NCBI GenBank assembly: GCA_041640575.1
Contig: JBEPZZ010000026.1
Coordinates: 1 to 23,574 of the forward strand
Reading direction: 5' to 3'
DNA: 23,574 nucleotides
Origin: Pseudothermotoga sp.
GTDB taxonomy: Bacteria; Thermotogota; Thermotogae; Thermotogales; DSM-5069
The position numbers and the translations under genes were made by a program. The notes beneath the pieces were generated by a model. The model worked only from the letters and a program-made list of their open reading frames with translations, made no database searches and was not told the origin of the DNA. Below are positions 19,324 through 23,574 of this stretch, in pieces; the first letter of the stretch is position 1, and each line of letters starts with the position of its first letter.

Positions 19324-20181
19324 TCAGTCCTCCCTTTCTTTTAACCTTGGATTAACGACTCTTTCGACTGCTATTCCCAATGACATTATTGAAAATGCGG
19401 TTAGAAAAACTGCAAGTCCTGGAAAAACAATCCACCACCAAGCTCCCAAGAGTATGGCATTATAGGTTCTCGCAAAATTTAGCATTTTACCCCATGAAAT
19501 CATTTTCGGATCACCAAACCCAAGAAATGACAATCCAGCTTCAGCAAGAATTGAACCCGCAGCTGTTAAAGAAGCATTTACGAATAAGACAGGATAAGCT
19601 GAAGGAAGTAAATGCTTGAAAACGATATACCATTTTGAAGCTCCACTAGCCTTTGCAGCCGAAATATATTCGCGAGTCTTTTCACTGAGCATGATTGATC
19701 TTGCAATTCTTGAAACACCTGCCCAGCCAAAGATTATCATTATGAACGCCAAAACCCAGAAACTGCTTCCAACGTAGGTTAAAATCATTATCATGATTGG
19801 TAAACCAGGAAGAACCATTACAAAATCGATGATTCTTGTAACCACCAGATCCGTGACTCCCCCAAAGCCTGCTGCTAATGCTCCAACCAATGCCCCCAAG
19901 ATTGTTACCCCAGCAGCTGTCAAAATTCCTATGCTTAGTGATACTCTTGAACCATAGATGATTTGACTGAGTATATCTACACCAAAACCGTCAGTACCTA
20001 ATAAATGGTCTCTGCATGGTGCAATCAGTGGAAAGCTTCTCTGCGTCACGTCATATGGATCGTATGGAGCAATAAAAGGCGCAAAAACGGCAAAAATCAA
20101 GAAAACACAAAGGACTACCAATCCGATTCTTGCTTCTAAAGATTTCAGGATTTCGCCGATCTGATTTTTTCTGCCCATCAT
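19324..20181 (-). CDS. Oligopeptide/dipeptide/nickel-family ABC permease (OppC/DppC-like)
   Basis: APFIAPYDP, HLLGTDGFGVDILS, YGSRVSL, EYISAAKASGAS..IVFKHLLP, EAGLSFLG, SWG, WWWIVFPG. Confidence 0.92.
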   Translation of the reverse strand: MMGRKNQIGEILKSLEARIGLVVLCVFLIFAVFAPFIAPYDPYDVTQRSFPLIAPCRDHLLGTDGFGVDILSQIIYGSRVSLSIGILTAAGVTILGALVGALAAGFGGVTDLVVTRIIDFVMVLPGLPIMIMILTYVGSSFWVLAFIMIIFGWAGVSRIARSIMLSEKTREYISAAKASGASKWYIVFKHLLPSAYPVLFVNASLTAAGSILAEAGLSFLGFGDPKMISWGKMLNFARTYNAILLGAWWWIVFPGLAVFLTAFSIMSLGIAVERVVNPRLKERED

Positions 20182-21140
20182 TCGTATCTCACCCTTGGAT
20201 CAAAGACAACCTGCAACAAATCAGCCGCAAAATTCGCAAGAATAGTGGTGGTTATCGTTATTATCACAGTTGCTTGTAAAAGTGGATAATCAGAATTTCT
20301 CGATGCCTCAAGAACCAACAACCCCATACCTTTCCATGAAAAAACTGTTTCTACCAAAACAGCTCCACCTATCATTCCAGCTAGTCGAAGGGTAAGCATT
20401 GAAAAAAGTGGAGCGATAACAACCCTAAGTATATGTTTTGTTCGAATATGAGACTCTTTCAGCCCTTTAGCTTTAGCAGTAAGTATGAAGTCCTCTTTTA
20501 GTACCATTAGAACCATATTTCTTACATAAATTGCAAATCCCGGAACATTTATTATGAAAAGGGTTATCCATGGTAATGCTGCATGCTGAATTATACTTAG
20601 AAACCTTCGAATTCCTGTGGTCTTGGGATCAAACATGCCCTGAAGTGGGAAAAGATTCAAATAGAAAGACAATATCATCACAAGTAAGAGTGCAAACCAG
20701 AAGGTTGGTACTGAGTGAAGAGCAAAGGCGAAATATCTTGTAAATCTATCGGCAATTTTTCCCCTTTTACAACCTATATAAACACCGATCCATAAAGAAG
20801 TTACCATGCTTAGAATTGTTGGTACAGCAGTCAGCACAAGAGTCCAAGGAAGCCTTTGCATAACGACAGAAACAACTGGGCGATTATATGTGTATGATAT
20901 TCCAAGATTTCCTCTTATTGCTTCCTTCAGAAACATTACGTACTGAAGCATGACTGGCTTGTCCAAACCAAATGCTGCTTTTATCTCCTGCTTGATTTCT
21001 TCCGGAATCCTTGGATCTACATAAAAGCGCTCAGCCGGGTTCCCGGGCAGAGCGCGGATGAGAACGAAGCTAACACTTATCGCAAGAATTATAGTTACAA
21101 AAGTCAACACCAACCGACGGATCAAATATGACAGACTCAA
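20178..21140 (-). CDS. Oligopeptide/dipeptide/nickel-family ABC permease (OppB/DppB-like)
   Basis: YLIRRL, LPGNP, GLDKP..QY, GNLGIS, PTFW, DFILTAKAKGL, VETVFSWKGMG, DYPLLQ, DPRVR; TTG start. Confidence 0.92.
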   Translation of the reverse strand: MSLSYLIRRLVLTFVTIILAISVSFVLIRALPGNPAERFYVDPRIPEEIKQEIKAAFGLDKPVMLQYVMFLKEAIRGNLGISYTYNRPVVSVVMQRLPWTLVLTAVPTILSMVTSLWIGVYIGCKRGKIADRFTRYFAFALHSVPTFWFALLLVMILSFYLNLFPLQGMFDPKTTGIRRFLSIIQHAALPWITLFIINVPGFAIYVRNMVLMVLKEDFILTAKAKGLKESHIRTKHILRVVIAPLFSMLTLRLAGMIGGAVLVETVFSWKGMGLLVLEASRNSDYPLLQATVIITITTTILANFAADLLQVVFDPRVRYE

Positions 21141-21148
21141 TTAGCTCT

Positions 21149-22681
21149 TCACCTCTTGGGTTTCAGATTTCGTAAAGTTTGTAAATTCATAACACCTTCA
21201 ATCTCAGACATAATCCATCCATCAAAGTTTTTTACCGAGTAAGCTTCCAAACTCGATGGAACACATATTGGAACGATCGGAACAATCTCCTTAAGCAAAT
21301 GCTGCAACTTTTTGAAAGCTTCTAGTCGTTCCTGTTCTGTAAAGGCTACCCATATAGAGTTCAATAACTGGTCGAGCTCAGGTATATTCACTCCACCGTA
21401 GTTGAAACCAACCACTTGTCCACCTTGAATGATTCCTCTCGATGAGTGTAAATGATAGTAAATCATCTCAGGATTTGTCCCAAGGGCATATGTGACCAAA
21501 GCCATGTCAAAATCGGCTTTCTTAAGTTTCGTCGTAAGGCCTTCAGGACCTTGCACATCAGTTTCAACGTTGATACCAATACCCTTGAGTGACTGCTTTA
21601 TATACTCTCCCATCTCGGTAGCCTGCTTGTCCGTACTCACAAGCAGCCGCAAAGTTCTTCCACTATACCTTGACTTTGCAAGAAATTCCTTTGCTTTAGC
21701 CAAATCCTGAAATACAGTACCTACACTACCGTCAAAAACTGCCTTTGCTTTTGGTGGAATTACACCAAGCGAGGCAGGCTCAGCATAATTCATGAAAACG
21801 CGATTCAGTATTGAATTATAATCAATCGCTAGCTGAACTGCTCTTCTGAAATTGACATCATTCATGGGATCAATTCTGTGATTAAATAAAACAACATAAA
21901 CGCTATTCCCCTGAGTTTTAGCAATCCTCACATCTGGATACTTTTTTGGTTCGTTAATGACTTGCCGCGCTATCATCGGGTCTAAGTCCCAATAAAGGTA
22001 ATCGTAATCTCCTCTGACAAGTCCTAGAAATCCCATTGTTTCATCTTGAACGGTATGGAAGACTACTCCCTGTATGTATTTTGGAGCCCAAGGATGATCC
22101 TGGTTAGATTTTAAGGTAATGCTTTGAATGCTCATATTTGAAAACTTCAAAATACCAGATCCAACCGGATTTGTTGTGTTAGGAAATTCAAGCGGTCTTT
22201 CAACCTGCTCCCACACGGACTTCGGAATAATTGGTACTGCGACAGGAGCGAACGAAAACATGGAAATGTTCATTGTTTTGAATTTTAGTTTGACTGTCTT
22301 ATCGTCAATTTTCTCCGCACCTAAGAAAAAAGCAAGGATAGGTCCAAGGGGTAATCTTTTTTGAAGAATGTAGTTAAAAGAAAAGACAACATCATCAGCA
22401 GTTAATGGAGAACCATCATGAAACTTTCTCTCACCTAGTTTCAACACTATGCTGTTTTCACTCATGTCAACATGCCAACTTTCGGCAAGCTGACCAATTA
22501 AATTACCTTCACTTTGCGTGAGCAAGGTTTCGTAAAGATAGCCAACAACAATTCTTTCGGCTGAGGATTTCACAAGAAACGGATTCATAGTTCGTATCTC
22601 TCCTAAAACGGCAACATTTAGATAAGAACCAAAAGCCATAGTCACAAAGGCAATTGATAAAATTGCTAAAAACTTTTTCAC
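21149..22681 (-). CDS. ABC transporter substrate-binding protein, family 5 (OppA/DppA-like)
   Basis: Signal peptide, LYETL, LAESW, KFHDGSPLTADDVVFS, PVGSG, FRRAVQLAID, DLAKAKEFL, LKGIGINV. GTG start after AGGGGGTGG. Confidence 0.92.
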   Translation of the reverse strand: MKKFLAILSIAFVTMAFGSYLNVAVLGEIRTMNPFLVKSSAERIVVGYLYETLLTQSEGNLIGQLAESWHVDMSENSIVLKLGERKFHDGSPLTADDVVFSFNYILQKRLPLGPILAFFLGAEKIDDKTVKLKFKTMNISMFSFAPVAVPIIPKSVWEQVERPLEFPNTTNPVGSGILKFSNMSIQSITLKSNQDHPWAPKYIQGVVFHTVQDETMGFLGLVRGDYDYLYWDLDPMIARQVINEPKKYPDVRIAKTQGNSVYVVLFNHRIDPMNDVNFRRAVQLAIDYNSILNRVFMNYAEPASLGVIPPKAKAVFDGSVGTVFQDLAKAKEFLAKSRYSGRTLRLLVSTDKQATEMGEYIKQSLKGIGINVETDVQGPEGLTTKLKKADFDMALVTYALGTNPEMIYYHLHSSRGIIQGGQVVGFNYGGVNIPELDQLLNSIWVAFTEQERLEAFKKLQHLLKEIVPIVPICVPSSLEAYSVKNFDGWIMSEIEGVMNLQTLRNLKPKR

Positions 22682-22824
22682 ACAACCACCCCCTTAAAAT
22701 TACAAAACTGTCTAGGTACGTTTTACCTTCTTTAGGCTATATTTTAGCGTAGCATTGATTTTTTATGTAGCAATAAATTACATTTTGAACTTTCTAGCTT
22801 AAACTACAGAAAAACAGTTAGCAT

Positions 22825-23574
22825 TCAAATTCTTATAGTTCTTCCCTTCCATGTTACACGCTTCAAAACGAATGTCTTAAGTAACGACACTGTAAAAATC
22901 GCCAGGAAGAAGGAAAAGTGAACAGGATATATGAAAGCATCCAAAATATTGTAGTCGCCAATCTTTTTGGTCATAAAGTAAAGTTGCAAAGCATAAAGTG
23001 CATAGAAAAATGATAAAACTGGCTGAAAGACAGTAGCAATCGACGAATAAACGCTTGCCATCCAAACAGATAAGAGGATAAGGTTCCCAACCCCAGTTTT
23101 CGCAGCACCAAGAGCAACATTTTTGGTAATTCCTTCGATCATTTGTCCAACACCTTTTGGATACATTCTGAATTTAACTATCTCTCCTCCAAGAAAATTT
23201 GATAGTTTTAGTCCTTTTCGCTGATACAATTTTCCAAGTTGCAGGTCTTCCACAACATTCTTACTCACGGCTTTGTGTCCGCCAGTTTTCTCGTAATCCG
23301 ATTTCAAAGTTACAACAACCGGGCCAAAGGCACCAACCGGTTTGCTTTTTGGCAAAAATCTATGCGAAGTTGCTGAACAAACTGCGACTATGTTGAAAAC
23401 GAAGTTGAAGTGTTCATAAGGTTTTTCAAAACGTTGATATGGCCAAACTGAAATCAAGCCTTTTTCTTGGTGGTAATAATCCACCAAAGTCTCGAGAGCA
23501 TCCTCTCTCAACTCAACATCTGCATCCAAGAACACAAGCAAATCCCCTGAACTGTTTAGATAGCCATTCCAACA
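22825..23574 (-). CDS. GT2 glycosyltransferase with C-terminal membrane segments (CrtQ/HpnB-like), 5'-truncated by window edge
   Basis: Frame is open from 23574 (CWNGYLNSSGDLLVFLDADV). DxD motif, FGP, GGH, VEDLQLG, FRMYP, KN, hydrophobic C-terminus, VTWKGR. Confidence 0.85.
   Translation of the reverse strand, partial: CWNGYLNSSGDLLVFLDADVELREDALETLVDYYHQEKGLISVWPYQRFEKPYEHFNFVFNIVAVCSATSHRFLPKSKPVGAFGPVVVTLKSDYEKTGGHKAVSKNVVEDLQLGKLYQRKGLKLSNFLGGEIVKFRMYPKGVGQMIEGITKNVALGAAKTGVGNLILLSVWMASVYSSIATVFQPVLSFFYALYALQLYFMTKKIGDYNILDAFIYPVHFSFFLAIFTVSLLKTFVLKRVTWKGRTIRI

Noticed and set aside
17549..19619. ORFs 17549-17977(-), 18170-18538(-), 18974-19465(+) and 19380-19619(+)
   Set aside because: Antisense shadows of better-supported genes that have strong RBSs.

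Overview
AT-rich bacterial chromosomal window. GGAGG/GGTGA ribosome-binding sites, frequent GTG/TTG starts and non-lipoprotein solute-binding proteins suggest a Thermotogae-like organism (inference). Positions 1-10036 hold a translationally coupled de novo purine operon, purE(5'-truncated)-purC-purS-purQ-purL-purF-purM-purN-purH-purD, with no purK or purB inside the window. An accessory catabolic region follows. It contains (i) a minus-strand CUT1 sugar ABC operon (SBP, metal-dependent amidohydrolase, two permeases) divergent from an atypical ROK repressor; (ii) an unexplained 638-bp palindrome-rich gap between two convergent genes; (iii) an SplB-like radical SAM gene; (iv) a ribokinase plus an uncharacterised TIM-barrel glycoside-hydrolase-like gene; (v) an Opp/Dpp-type cassette with no ATPases that ends in a split-barrel (PNPOx-like) gene; and (vi) a truncated GT2 glycosyltransferase. 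I found no rRNA, tRNA, IS element or CRISPR array. The best novelty candidates are the three transporter/enzyme modules of unknown substrate and the non-coding gap.
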